64,000 bases of DNA from Candidatus Latescibacterota bacterium. Lineage in GTDB: Bacteria; Latescibacterota; UBA2968; UBA8231. Position 1 is the first letter of the stretch. Each line of letters starts with the position of its first letter. The stretch covers positions 3,328,001 to 3,392,000 of the forward strand of contig OZ244561.1 in the NCBI GenBank assembly GCA_965217585.1, read 5' to 3'. A program made the position numbers and the translations under genes. The notes beneath the pieces are model-generated. The model did no database searches. It was given only the letters and a program-made list of their open reading frames with translations, and had not been told where the DNA came from. Positions 1 through 10,242 of this stretch are shown one piece after another.

Positions 1-1095
1 TCGCTAAAAAACCCATGCCTTCTCTTCCAAGGAACCTGTCATGTCCAACGTATCGTCTTGCCCGTCTTCGGTCAAGCCCTGTCGCCGTCGCTCGAAGGTC
101 GGGTATCGGGTGCGTAATTGGCCGGACTACGATGCGGGGCTACAACAGCGCGGTAGCTTGACCGTGTGGTTCACGCCCCAAGCGGTCGAAGCGTGGTATT
201 ATCAAGGGCCGCCCCAACGGGGGGCCCAATATACCTTTTCGGATGGTGCCATCCAAACGGCGTTGACGCTGCGGCTTTTGTATCACTTGCCGCTGCGCCA
301 AACCGAGGGGTTCGTCGCTTCGGTGTTGGCCTTGATGGGCTTGGCGGTACGGGTGCCGGATCACACGACCCTATCGCGGCGTCAGGCCGACTTGGCGGTG
401 GCGATGCCTACACAGCCCAAGGATCAACCCCTGCACTTGGTCGTCGACGCGACGGGGTTGAAGGTGTATGGCGAAGGCGAGTGGAAGGTGCGTCAGCACG
501 GCTGGAACAAGCGGCGCACGTGGCGCAAATTGCACCTCGGCGTGGATGAAGCCACCGGCGAGATCGTTGCACAGACCTTGACGACGAATAGCCAAGATGA
601 TGCGGGGCAGGTCGAGCCGTTGCTGGATCAAGTCGAAGCCCCCATCGGAGCGGTGGGCGGGGATGGAGCCTATGATCGGCGCAAGGTGTTTGAGGCGTTG
701 GCCGCGCCAGACCGGGGCCCGCCGATGCGTCCGATCATTCCGCCGCGCAAAGACGCCAAGATTGAGCAACATGGCAACCGCAAAGCCGAGCCGTTGCCGC
801 GCGATGAGACGATCCGAACCATCCGTAAACGGGGCCGTCGAACGTGGAAAAAAACCAGCGGCTATCATCGCCGCTCCATCGTCGAAACCCAGATCGGCCG
901 CTACAAACAGATCCTCGGCGACACCTTGCGTGCCCGAACCCTACCCCACCAACAGACCGAAACACGGGTGGGCTGTGCCGTGCTCAACCGGATGCGGGCG
1001 TTGGCCAAACCCGAGTCCTATCCGATAACCAAAAAAGCATAAATCACACGAGACAGGGGGCAACACGGCCCCGCCGGTTTTCATGCAACAAAGCC
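1..1095 (+). mobile_element. IS5-family (IS903-like) insertion sequence, left end outside window
   Basis: Transposase ORF followed by terminal ...TTCATGCAACAAAGCC ending at 1095, the IS903-type GGCTTTGTTG end in reverse complement. Confidence 0.85.
41..1042 (+). CDS. IS5-family DDE transposase
   Basis: YRVRNWPDYDAGLQQRGSLTVW, LVVDATGLK, WRKLHLGVD, GDGAYD, GYHRRSIVET motifs. Confidence 0.93.
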   Translation: MSNVSSCPSSVKPCRRRSKVGYRVRNWPDYDAGLQQRGSLTVWFTPQAVEAWYYQGPPQRGAQYTFSDGAIQTALTLRLLYHLPLRQTEGFVASVLALMGLAVRVPDHTTLSRRQADLAVAMPTQPKDQPLHLVVDATGLKVYGEGEWKVRQHGWNKRRTWRKLHLGVDEATGEIVAQTLTTNSQDDAGQVEPLLDQVEAPIGAVGGDGAYDRRKVFEALAAPDRGPPMRPIIPPRKDAKIEQHGNRKAEPLPRDETIRTIRKRGRRTWKKTSGYHRRSIVETQIGRYKQILGDTLRARTLPHQQTETRVGCAVLNRMRALAKPESYPITKKA

Positions 1096-1101
1096 GTTCT
1101 G

Positions 1102-1110
1102 TGGTATAAT
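1102..1110 (+). promoter_or_regulatory. Extended -10 promoter element (TGGTATAAT)
   Basis: TGn-TATAAT consensus 35 bp upstream of the 1145 start. Confidence 0.45.
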
Positions 1111-1144
1111 CATAATACTTGAAATGCAGAGGGTATCTTAAAAT

Positions 1145-1573
1145 ATGAGCGAAACTCTTCCCGTAATCGTGTACGACGGCGAATGCCGTTTCTGCCTGTG
1201 GAGCGTTGGCCGCATTCGCCGCTTTGACCGCAACGGTCGCTTCGAGTATCTGCCGCGCCAAACGGCCGGCATCGAAGAGCGGTTTCCGGTCCTCTCCCAT
1301 TCCGACTTTGATACGGGCCTGCGCCTCATTCACGCTGGCGGACAGGTCGATGTCGGAGCCGATGCTGTGTACCAGATTTACCGCCGGCTTCCTCCTTGGC
1401 ACCTGTTCATCGGGGTGTACCGCATTCCGGGACTGAAGCAGCTATTTCGCGCTGGCTACGGCCTTATCGCGCGCAATCGGCATCGGTTCGGCAGGGTCGA
1501 ATGCGCCGATGAGGCGTGCGAACTCCCGTACGGCGAGCGGCACAAGGGCACCTCTGAGTCGGCGTCTGCCTGA
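1145..1573 (+). CDS. DCC1-like thiol-disulfide oxidoreductase (DUF393)
   Basis: VIVYDGECRFC N-terminal motif; YGLIARNRHR. Confidence 0.88.
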   Translation: MSETLPVIVYDGECRFCLWSVGRIRRFDRNGRFEYLPRQTAGIEERFPVLSHSDFDTGLRLIHAGGQVDVGADAVYQIYRRLPPWHLFIGVYRIPGLKQLFRAGYGLIARNRHRFGRVECADEACELPYGERHKGTSESASA

Positions 1574-1581
1574 TTGTCCCT

Positions 1582-2916
1582 ATGACTGCCCGCAACGTCC
1601 TATTCCTCATTGCCGACGACTGGAGTCGCATCGCCGGCTGCTACGGCAATAGCGTCGTCCGCACGCCCCGCATTGACGCATTCGCCGGCGAAGGCGCGAT
1701 CTTCGACCAAGCCTTCTGCACCAGTCCTTCGTGCGCGGTCAGCCGCGCCTGCATCCTCACCGGATATCACAGCCACACCCACGGCCAGTACGGCCACTGC
1801 CACGGCATCCACGGCTTCTCGACTCACCCCCATATTACCTCCACGCCTTCCAGCCTTAAGGAGCACGGCTACGCTACGGCCTGCATCGGCAAAAAGCACG
1901 TAGAACCGCCCAGCGTGTATCCGTTCGACTTTGAGCCTGAAGTCAATGCCAGAAATGGCGTCGAATTGGCCCGCGCCGTGCGCGACTTTTGGGCCGCTCA
2001 TCCCGACCAGCCGTTCTATATGCACGTGGGGTTTTCCGACCCGCACCGCGCAGGTCGGGGTTTTGGCAATGAGCGCACCTATCTAGATGTACCCGAAACT
2101 CCGTATAGCCCCGACGACGTGGTGGTGCCGCCCTATCTGCCCGATGTGCCCGACGTGCGCGCCGATCTCGCCGAGTACTATCAGGCAGTCTCCCGCTTCG
2201 ACTTTGGCGTGGGCTGTTTGCTCGACGCACTGGAGGAATCGGGCCGGGCCGAGGAGACCTTGGTCATCGTCACTACGGACCACGCCATGCCCTTCCCCGG
2301 GGCTAAGGCATCTTTCTTCGACAGCGGCCACCACTGTCCTTTTATCCTGCGGGCACCGGGCATCGCCTCTCCCGGCACTCGTAGTCAGGCACTCGTCAAT
2401 TGGACCGATATCCGTCCCACCTTGCACGAATGGTGCGGAGTACCCGCCCCCGAGGATTTGCCGGGCCGCTCCCTCCTGCCGGGCCTAGCCGATCCGTCCG
2501 TCCCCGACTGGGAGTACACGTTCTTTTCGCACTGCTTTCACGAGGTGGTCGATTACAATCCCTATCGGGTGCTGCGCGGACGGCGCTACAAATTCGTGCG
2601 CAACTTGGCCGCTGGTCTCACCACCCTGCTGCCCACGGATCTGTTCCGCTCGACCACCTGGACGGCGGTGCGGCGCGACGCGATTCCCACCATGGGCCAG
2701 CGTCCCACTCGCCACGTGCTCACGCGTACTCCCGAGGAGTTATACGATCTGGAGGCTGATCCCACCGAAAGCGTCAATCGGATCGACGACCCCCACTTGC
2801 AGGAAGTAGTCGCCCAGATGCGCACCCAACTCTACCAGTTCCGCCGCGACACGGCCGACCCTTGGCTGGAAGTGGATTTCCAGGAGGGGCGCATCGATCG
2901 CCTCGAACCTAGATGA
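1582..2916 (+). CDS. Sulfatase (sulfamidase-like)
   Basis: NVLFLIADD, SPSCAVSRACILTG, GKKH, DPH, TTDHA, EELYDLEADPTE. Confidence 0.92.
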   Translation: MTARNVLFLIADDWSRIAGCYGNSVVRTPRIDAFAGEGAIFDQAFCTSPSCAVSRACILTGYHSHTHGQYGHCHGIHGFSTHPHITSTPSSLKEHGYATACIGKKHVEPPSVYPFDFEPEVNARNGVELARAVRDFWAAHPDQPFYMHVGFSDPHRAGRGFGNERTYLDVPETPYSPDDVVVPPYLPDVPDVRADLAEYYQAVSRFDFGVGCLLDALEESGRAEETLVIVTTDHAMPFPGAKASFFDSGHHCPFILRAPGIASPGTRSQALVNWTDIRPTLHEWCGVPAPEDLPGRSLLPGLADPSVPDWEYTFFSHCFHEVVDYNPYRVLRGRRYKFVRNLAAGLTTLLPTDLFRSTTWTAVRRDAIPTMGQRPTRHVLTRTPEELYDLEADPTESVNRIDDPHLQEVVAQMRTQLYQFRRDTADPWLEVDFQEGRIDRLEPR

Positions 2917-3154
2917 CCCAAGCGGTGCTACTGCCGACGCTCTGCTCCTAATGAGAAAAGCCTCTTGCCAGCTAGCGTCTGGCAGGCTTCCCTTTTAGCC
3001 TCCGCTCACTTGAGGAAATTTTTGTAGGCGACGTAGCCTTAAATTTTATTTATATTAGTGAATGGTAACGTTTTCATTAGCGCCTCCAAAATTAGGGTCA
3101 GTACATATATAATTCCCCTCACTTGAGCATTGCTCATCCCAGAGAGGTATCCCA

Positions 3155-5563
3155 ATGAACGTGCGCTCTAGCTTTACTGCATTGGTCTTATTGCTGGGAG
3201 CCGTAGCGGCCTCGGCCCAACAAGGCTCATCCGTAGCTGACAGGACCCTAGCTCCCTTCTTCTTCGTCGATACCGACGATCCGTCAGTGGACCAACTGCC
3301 GCTCAAATCGGTGGCTGCCCAAGTTCACATTGCCGGGGTCATCGCCGACGTGACCATCGAGCAGGTGTACCGCAACGAAGGCACCCGCCCGCTCGAAGCT
3401 ATTTACATATTCCCGGCCTCGACCCGGGCCGCGGTGTACGGCATGGTGATGCACACTGGCGACCGCGAAATCATCGCCGAAATCCGCGAGCGCGAGCAGG
3501 CTCGTCGGGAATACGAGGAGGCGCGCGAGCAGGGCCAGACCGCTTCCCTGCTCGAACAGGAGCGCCCCAACGTCTTCAAGATGAACGTGGCCAATATCCT
3601 GCCGGGCGACTCCATTGCCGTGCGCCTATCCTATACGGAACTATTGGTGCCCACGGAAAAACAGTACGAATTCGTCCTGCCCACTGTGGTCGGTCCGCGC
3701 TATTCCCCCGAGGCGGTCAATGAAATTCTGGCCCCGGGCGGGGCCGAGCGCATTCCCTATTTACACGAGGGCGAAGATCCCAACTACACCTATGCGATCG
3801 AGATGAGCTTGGCCGCTGGCCTACCCATCCAGGCCTACGACTGCCCCACCCACGAAGTGGTCGTCGAAGAGGACACCCCGGATGAATTGCGCCTGACTTT
3901 GGATCCGGCGGGCGGTTTTGGCGGCAACCGCGATTTCATCCTGCACTACCAGCTAGCCGGCCAACAGGTCGAGTCGGGGCTGCTGTTGTACGAGGGGGAA
4001 GAGGAGAATTTCTTTTTACTCATGGCCCAGCCGCCCGCCCGTCCAGAGCTGAGCCAGATCCCGCCGCGCGAATATATCTTTGTGATCGATGTATCCGGCT
4101 CCATGAGGGGCTTCCCCCTCACGGTGTCAAAGGGCCTGATGAAAAATCTGCTCGGCCAATTGCGCCCTGAGGATCGCTTTAACGTCGTCCTCTTCGCCGG
4201 CGCGGCGGCGGTTTTGAGCCCCAGCTCGCTGCCGGCCACTCAGGAAAATCTTGACCAAGCTTGGGCTCTCATTGACGGTCAAGAGGGCGGCGGCGGCACC
4301 GAGTTGCTTATCGGGCTCCGCAGTGCTTTCAACCTGCCTTTGGCCGGGGAGGGCTATGCTCGCATCGTCGCGGTGGTCACCGATGGTAAGGTCAGCTTTG
4401 AAGCAGCCGCCTTTAAGCTGGTGCGCCAGCGCTTGGGTCAAGCCAGCGTATTTGCCTTTGGCATTGGCTCGTCGGTCAACCGCTTCCTCATCGAGGGCCT
4501 CGCCCGTGCGGGCCAAGGCGAGCCTTTTGTGGTGATTGAAGAGGGGCTAGCGCCCGACGAGGCCGCTCGCTTCCAATCGTATATCAGCACCCCCATCCTC
4601 ACTCAGGTAGAGGCGGGATTCGAAGGCTTTGACGCTTATGAAGTGGAACCGGCCTTCATCCCCGATATGCTGGCTGACCGGCCGATCGTCGTTTTTGGCA
4701 AGTGGCGCGGCGCGGCCGCGGGCACTGTGCTGTTGGGAGGTCGCACCGGCGACCAAGCATACAGCGCCCAATTCGACGTATCCGCCTTCCAAGCCCAGCC
4801 CACCAACAAGGCCCTGCGCTATTTGTGGGCCCGCCATCGGATTGACCAACTGAGCGATGATGTGCAGGCTGGTTCCCGCGACGACCTGCGTCCCCAGATC
4901 ACGCAGCTAGGCTTGGACTACAACCTGCTAACCGAGTACACCTCCTTTATTGCCATTGACCGCCGTATCCGCAACGAGGACGGCTTGGAGACCGTGTCGG
5001 TGCCCTTGCCTCTGCCGGAAGGCACCGAGGACTCGGCGGTGGGTGACTCGTACGCTGCTACTGCAGTGGAGGACGAATCTGAAATGGCGACTTGGCTCGG
5101 CCGGTCTTTTTACCGTCAAGACGCGCTGTGGGTCGATGTAGCGTTCCAGTTGGGCATGCCCATCGTCGAGGTCGGCTTCGACGCTCTACCCCCGGACGCG
5201 TTGGCTCCTTTTGTTGGGTTGGGTCTGGATATGGTGGTGGTGATTGAGGGACAAGCGTACCGGTTGCATGCCGAGGCCGCCCGTCCCTTCCTGCAGCAGA
5301 ACGCGCCCAACCCCTTTAATGCTTCCACGGTAATCTCCTTCCAAATCCCCGCCAACATGGCCGGTCCTACGCGCTTGGTCATCTACAACCTAACCGGCCA
5401 GATCGTGCGCGTGCTGACCGATGGCCATCTTAGGTCTGGGGCGCACGTACTGGCTTGGGACGGCAAGGACGGAAGAGGCCAAGAGGCGGCCAGCGGGGTC
5501 TATATCTACCGCTTGGAAGGAACCTCCTTCGCCATCACTCGCCGCATGATGTTGCTGCGGTAA
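3155..5563 (+). CDS. Secreted VIT + vWA domain protein with C-terminal FlgD-Ig/T9SS-like domain
   Basis: Signal peptide; VIT (LEAIYIFP...NVFKMNVANILPG); MIDAS DVSGS, GGT, TDG; C-terminal QNAPNPFNASTVISF...WDGKD...SGVYIYRL. Confidence 0.88.
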   Translation: MNVRSSFTALVLLLGAVAASAQQGSSVADRTLAPFFFVDTDDPSVDQLPLKSVAAQVHIAGVIADVTIEQVYRNEGTRPLEAIYIFPASTRAAVYGMVMHTGDREIIAEIREREQARREYEEAREQGQTASLLEQERPNVFKMNVANILPGDSIAVRLSYTELLVPTEKQYEFVLPTVVGPRYSPEAVNEILAPGGAERIPYLHEGEDPNYTYAIEMSLAAGLPIQAYDCPTHEVVVEEDTPDELRLTLDPAGGFGGNRDFILHYQLAGQQVESGLLLYEGEEENFFLLMAQPPARPELSQIPPREYIFVIDVSGSMRGFPLTVSKGLMKNLLGQLRPEDRFNVVLFAGAAAVLSPSSLPATQENLDQAWALIDGQEGGGGTELLIGLRSAFNLPLAGEGYARIVAVVTDGKVSFEAAAFKLVRQRLGQASVFAFGIGSSVNRFLIEGLARAGQGEPFVVIEEGLAPDEAARFQSYISTPILTQVEAGFEGFDAYEVEPAFIPDMLADRPIVVFGKWRGAAAGTVLLGGRTGDQAYSAQFDVSAFQAQPTNKALRYLWARHRIDQLSDDVQAGSRDDLRPQITQLGLDYNLLTEYTSFIAIDRRIRNEDGLETVSVPLPLPEGTEDSAVGDSYAATAVEDESEMATWLGRSFYRQDALWVDVAFQLGMPIVEVGFDALPPDALAPFVGLGLDMVVVIEGQAYRLHAEAARPFLQQNAPNPFNASTVISFQIPANMAGPTRLVIYNLTGQIVRVLTDGHLRSGAHVLAWDGKDGRGQEAASGVYIYRLEGTSFAITRRMMLLR

Positions 5564-5651
5564 AATCAGCGCTGAAAGGGCCGCCCGCGACTGGATGTGC
5601 ATCCGGCTGCGGGCGGCCTATCGAGGTATCTCTGTGGCTGGTCGGACCGAC

Positions 5652-6839
5652 CTATTCGAACTGTTGTCTGCTCTGACTGACCGCCTTGCCCTTGCCCCGA
5701 ATCAGGTCCGCTCTGTGCCAGGTCGATACCGCGTGGCAGATGGCGTGCGACTCGCCGAGCATGTTCAGGAGTTGGTCCTTCGTAAACCAGTTTCCATCGC
5801 CGAGTGATCCGCGATCCACCTCGGCGTCCGCATACCCGTAGAGCCGCGAAACTCCGCCATCGGTTACGACATCCTCGATGTAGGATGCCCAAGGGATCTC
5901 GACGTTCAACTGACTCTTGACGAGCGACTGCAAGGAGCCGATCCGAGCGCCGATGTCCCAGCCAACCTTTTCTTCTTCCCAACCTTCGCCACCGGGCAGT
6001 TCCCAGCTCCCATTCCCGTCCGTGCTGGTAAGGAGATATCTCGACTCTGAACCGGATGTCGATTCGATGAGCAGTCGGGTGTCTGTGAGCGGTTGGTCGA
6101 AGTGGATGGGTATAAGCCGCTTGCCAGCGTCGCTCAATGCATCGTAGGCGGTGCGGTCGTATGGATAGTAGCCGGCGGCGGGCGGTGCGTTGACGGCGCA
6201 GTACTTGTTAAAGATCCCAACGCGGTCATCAGAAGTAGTTCCTCCCGGTGCCTTGTGCCAGGTATGAGCGTCCATCAGCAACAGATCGCCGGCTTTGAGC
6301 TCGGGATCGACGAAGTCGGGCAGTTGCTCGATATCGGGGCGCGTGAGATCCAAGATGTGCGCATTTGGGTCGATGACTTGCGCGAGTTTATGGGATCCGG
6401 GCGAGACCAGCAGCGGGCCGTATTCGCGGTTGAAGTCGTTCAGCGGGATGATGGCGAAGAGCCAACTCATTGAGGAACCCACAGGACGCCATCGCTTGTA
6501 GTCGCAGTGAGCGCCGCCGCCTTTGTCGCCTGGGGAGCGCAAATAGGCGACATAGGCGGTCAGATGAGCGGGTTGCCCAAGTATGGCTTCGACCGCATCG
6601 ACCACCACAGGATGCTCGGCAATGGGAGACAATCCGGGTTCGGAGATCCGGTTGCCGCTGATGGTGTACTTGCCGGGTGTGGGATACTGCAGAGTGGAAG
6701 GGTACGCTCCTACACGGGCCATCCTCTGGACGATGCTCCTCAGTTCGGATGTCTCCTGAGAGGAGACGACATCGCGGATGATGAGGTAGCCGTTTGCGCG
6801 GTAATCGGCGATCTGTTGATTGGTCAGAGTGTTGGTCAT
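5652..6839 (-). CDS. PhyH-family Fe(II)/2OG dioxygenase with C-terminal Nudix-like extension
   Basis: YRANGYLII, HCD, GPLLVSPGSH, AGDLLL..WH; C-terminal WELPGG. Confidence 0.78.
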   Translation of the reverse strand: MTNTLTNQQIADYRANGYLIIRDVVSSQETSELRSIVQRMARVGAYPSTLQYPTPGKYTISGNRISEPGLSPIAEHPVVVDAVEAILGQPAHLTAYVAYLRSPGDKGGGAHCDYKRWRPVGSSMSWLFAIIPLNDFNREYGPLLVSPGSHKLAQVIDPNAHILDLTRPDIEQLPDFVDPELKAGDLLLMDAHTWHKAPGGTTSDDRVGIFNKYCAVNAPPAAGYYPYDRTAYDALSDAGKRLIPIHFDQPLTDTRLLIESTSGSESRYLLTSTDGNGSWELPGGEGWEEEKVGWDIGARIGSLQSLVKSQLNVEIPWASYIEDVVTDGGVSRLYGYADAEVDRGSLGDGNWFTKDQLLNMLGESHAICHAVSTWHRADLIRGKGKAVSQSRQQFE

Positions 6840-7133
6840 AATGGCCTCGCCAAGAGAAGAGATATCGACTGTTGCGGCGCGGCCTTTGATTTCGACACTG
6901 GTATCAGCGCGAAGTCATCGAGCCGAACGTCGAATGCAATCCATTGGAGCAATAGAACGAAAAGGCCCGTCTTATGCAATTATAGGTTGCGCCTCGCGAC
7001 AGCCGCCATCATCGAGATTGACCGCTTCTGGATAGGTATCTATTATTGCAACTCCTGAGCACTGAAACCTTCCTTCTCTACGCCCTTAAACGACAAAAGA
7101 TATGCACCATGCGAACGAAGAAAGCTGGTCACA

Positions 7134-8990
7134 ATGCTGCTTGATTCCATCCCGCTCCGCTCCCTCTATCGAATAGGTTGCCTCATGGTCATTTCCGCCG
7201 GACTTGTCGCGGCCGATACCTTGCACGAGGGCCTGCCCGATGGGCCGGGTCTGCTCCTCGAAGGCCGCGACGGCCGGATCTATGTCGCTGTCCTCGGCTC
7301 CGGGGGGATCGTCGCCCGCAACGCCCCTGACGATGCCGACACTTGGGAGGTCGTCGCTGAGGGGCGCGTCCAAGGTCTGCAAGTTGCTCCCGACGGGGAT
7401 GCGTGGATGGTCCTCGACGACGAGGTCTTGCGCTATCCCCGTCAGGGAGGCGAGGCGGTTTCCCGAACCCCCTCATTCCTTCTCCAAGGGTCGCCGGGAC
7501 CGTTGCTGGCGACGCGCTGGGGCGATGTTTTGTGCGCCGGGTGCGGTGCCGTGCGTCGGGGCGACGCCATGTTCGAGGCCGCGCCTTTCTCCCCTCCCGG
7601 GTGGGCGATCACGCCGGTATGCGACGACCCCTTCGGCAACGTGTGGGCCGTAGCTGAGGACGGCCAGCAACGGGATATAGCCGTTCTTACTGACCAACAC
7701 CCTCACGGCTGGCAGCGCCTCGACCTGCCCGCGAATCAACTCGCTGGCGCTTGGCAGGGTGCTGTCGCCGATGACGCCGGCTTCGTTTGGGTGGCCTTAG
7801 AAGCCTCCGTCCTGCGCGTCGATCCCCGTTCGTCCGATCCTCGCTCCTTTGCCAACCCCGTCGATGCCCGCATCACTGCGATCGCGCGCGGCGGCGGTCA
7901 GATCATAGTTGGCTTCGCCAATGGCAGCCTGCGCGAGCTAACCGTGGATGCCGACGGCCCGCCGGCTTGGCAGGCGATTCAGGCGGGAGGGGATGGCCCG
8001 GTGCAGGCGCTGCTGCAAGCCCGGTCCGGTAGTCTCTGGGTGTTGAGAGCGGGGCAAGTCCAGCGCCTCGCCGACATCGAGAGTCCTTGGCACGAGCACT
8101 GGGATGAGCAGCCGCGGATGCCGGCCGGCAACCACGACCACATCTTTGCCCGCATCGGGGACCGTCTGTACACCGCAGGCGGCAAGACCTTCTTCGGCTG
8201 GCCCGCGTCGGAGTGGGTGAACCTCGACCACGTGTGGTCCTACCACATCCCCTCGGGCACTTGGCGCGTGGAGCCTCCTATGCTCGAGCCGGGCAAGGCT
8301 TATTCCGGCATCGCCGCTCTCGACGATGAGCTCTGGCTCTTGGGAGGTCACTTCCGCGCCGACAGCGGGACGCGGGCGACGGCGACCGTCGAAATCTTCG
8401 ATCCCCGCACGCGGAGCTATCGCCTCGGTCCGCCGTTACCCCGCAAAGCGGGCCAAGTGGTGGCCCTCACCGTCAATGGCCGGTTGTATGCCGTGGGCGG
8501 TGCCGACGACGAAGGGCCGACAGCAGAGGTCCTGAGCATCGGAACTGGGGAGACGAGTTGGCGGGTTGACGCCTCCGCGCCCGGCTCGGTGTTGCAGGCC
8601 AGCGGCTGCGTTTTGGACGGCAAGATCTACATCGCTGCGGGCCCCTCGTCCCAGTGCCCGGGTCTGTTCGTCTATGACCCCGAGCAGGATAGCTGGAGCC
8701 AAATCGAGCACCCGTCGCGGCCTCCCAGCGCTCCGCTATGCACGGCCTTCAACGGCAGCGTCTGGGTCATGGGAGGACGGGGAGCCAAAAGCGGCCAGAC
8801 GGCGACCTTTGCCTACACACCGGCTACTGGTCAGTGGCGTCAGGGCCCCGATATACCTCTGCCGGTTAGCTGGGGCGCAGCGGCCACTGTCAACGGCCGT
8901 CTGCTGATCGCCGGTGGTGCCTACCGCGACGAGCGGGTCGGCGACTACTTCAACAGCGATCGCGTATTCCTGCTGCGCGGCGCTAGGTGA
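7134..8990 (+). CDS. Secreted beta-propeller protein with C-terminal Kelch repeats
   Basis: Repeats LYTAGG, LWLLGG, LYAVGG, IYIAAG, VWVMGG, LLIAGG with YDP..W spacing. Confidence 0.8.
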   Translation: MLLDSIPLRSLYRIGCLMVISAGLVAADTLHEGLPDGPGLLLEGRDGRIYVAVLGSGGIVARNAPDDADTWEVVAEGRVQGLQVAPDGDAWMVLDDEVLRYPRQGGEAVSRTPSFLLQGSPGPLLATRWGDVLCAGCGAVRRGDAMFEAAPFSPPGWAITPVCDDPFGNVWAVAEDGQQRDIAVLTDQHPHGWQRLDLPANQLAGAWQGAVADDAGFVWVALEASVLRVDPRSSDPRSFANPVDARITAIARGGGQIIVGFANGSLRELTVDADGPPAWQAIQAGGDGPVQALLQARSGSLWVLRAGQVQRLADIESPWHEHWDEQPRMPAGNHDHIFARIGDRLYTAGGKTFFGWPASEWVNLDHVWSYHIPSGTWRVEPPMLEPGKAYSGIAALDDELWLLGGHFRADSGTRATATVEIFDPRTRSYRLGPPLPRKAGQVVALTVNGRLYAVGGADDEGPTAEVLSIGTGETSWRVDASAPGSVLQASGCVLDGKIYIAAGPSSQCPGLFVYDPEQDSWSQIEHPSRPPSAPLCTAFNGSVWVMGGRGAKSGQTATFAYTPATGQWRQGPDIPLPVSWGAAATVNGRLLIAGGAYRDERVGDYFNSDRVFLLRGAR

Positions 8991-9080
8991 TCCTCTTGGA
9001 CTGTGGCTAGGCCGAGCGGCTTTAGCAACTGATTTCCGACAGGTGAATCGGGCACGCGCACCCATCCAATACGGCTATTT

Positions 9081-10121
9081 TCAATGCTCCACCAAGCGCC
9101 GGGTACAGGCCAGGACGTACTTGACATCGTCCGCCTTGATGTGGCGGTGAAAAACCAGGCGCACCTGGTGCGGCGGGCGGGGGTGGCCCAGGATGCCGCA
9201 AGCCTTCCAGCGGTCGACCAATTCTTGGCTGCTCCAGCCTAGACGACTGCAGTCCACGGTCACGAAATTGGTCGGGTGCGGCGGTTGGATGGATTCGAGC
9301 CCGTCCATGTCGGCCAGACCCTCGTGCAGCAATTGGGCGTGGGCCTGGTCCTCGGCCAGGCGCTCGACCATGGTCTCCAAGGCCACGATGGCCCCGGCCG
9401 CGACAATCCCGGCCTGTCGCATGGCGCCGCCTAGGCGCGAGCGCACCTGCCGGGCCCGCTCGATAAACTCGCGCCGCCCGCACAACAGCGAGCCCACGGG
9501 CGCGCTAAGCCCCTTGGAGGCGCAGAACATTACTGAATCGGCGTGCCTGGTATAGGCACGCACATCCACGCCCACGGCTACGGCCGCGTTGAAGATGCGC
9601 GCTCCGTCAATGTGCAAATTGAGCCCGTGTTTGTGGGCGGCCGCGGCCACGGCCTCCACCTGGGCGGGCAACCAGGCCGAGCCGCCGCTCAAATTGTGCG
9701 GATTCTCAATCCACACCAGCGAGGGACGGGCGCGGTTGGGGTTGGCCTGGTCCACGATCTCGTCCACTTGCTCGGGCCGCATGACGCCGAATTCCAGCGG
9801 CACCGGGCACGCGGCTAGACATGCCTCGGCCGCGGATTGGGCCCGGTGTCCGCCAAAGACGTGTGCTCCGGCCCCGTACACCACCTCGTCGCCCGGCCGC
9901 GTGTGCGCCACTAAGGCACAGCGGTTGCCCATGGAGCCAGAGGGCACGTACAGCCCTGCCTCCATGCCCACTTTGGCGGTCGCCAGTTCTTCCAGCCGAT
10001 TGATCGTGGGATCTTCGCCGTACGCGTCGTCGCCCACGGGTGCCGCCATCATGGCCGCCCGCATTGCCTCGGTCGGCTGGGTCACTGTATCGCTGCGCAA
10101 ATCTACCCATCGCTCTGTCAT
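9081..10121 (-). CDS. ltaE: Low-specificity L-threonine aldolase family (PLP)
   Basis: [49 protein letters not shown]; start set at the MTERW ATG. Confidence 0.88.
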   Translation of the reverse strand: MTERWVDLRSDTVTQPTEAMRAAMMAAPVGDDAYGEDPTINRLEELATAKVGMEAGLYVPSGSMGNRCALVAHTRPGDEVVYGAGAHVFGGHRAQSAAEACLAACPVPLEFGVMRPEQVDEIVDQANPNRARPSLVWIENPHNLSGGSAWLPAQVEAVAAAAHKHGLNLHIDGARIFNAAVAVGVDVRAYTRHADSVMFCASKGLSAPVGSLLCGRREFIERARQVRSRLGGAMRQAGIVAAGAIVALETMVERLAEDQAHAQLLHEGLADMDGLESIQPPHPTNFVTVDCSRLGWSSQELVDRWKACGILGHPRPPHQVRLVFHRHIKADDVKYVLACTRRLVEH

Positions 10122-10242
10122 GGAATGCTCCTCGCTGGGCCTTTGCCGACCAATTATCGGTCGCCCTTTGCCCTCCCTTTTCTCAAAGCCTAAAATTAGG
10201 AACCCCACCGGCACTTATTTTGGCCTTTGAGAAAATATAGAC

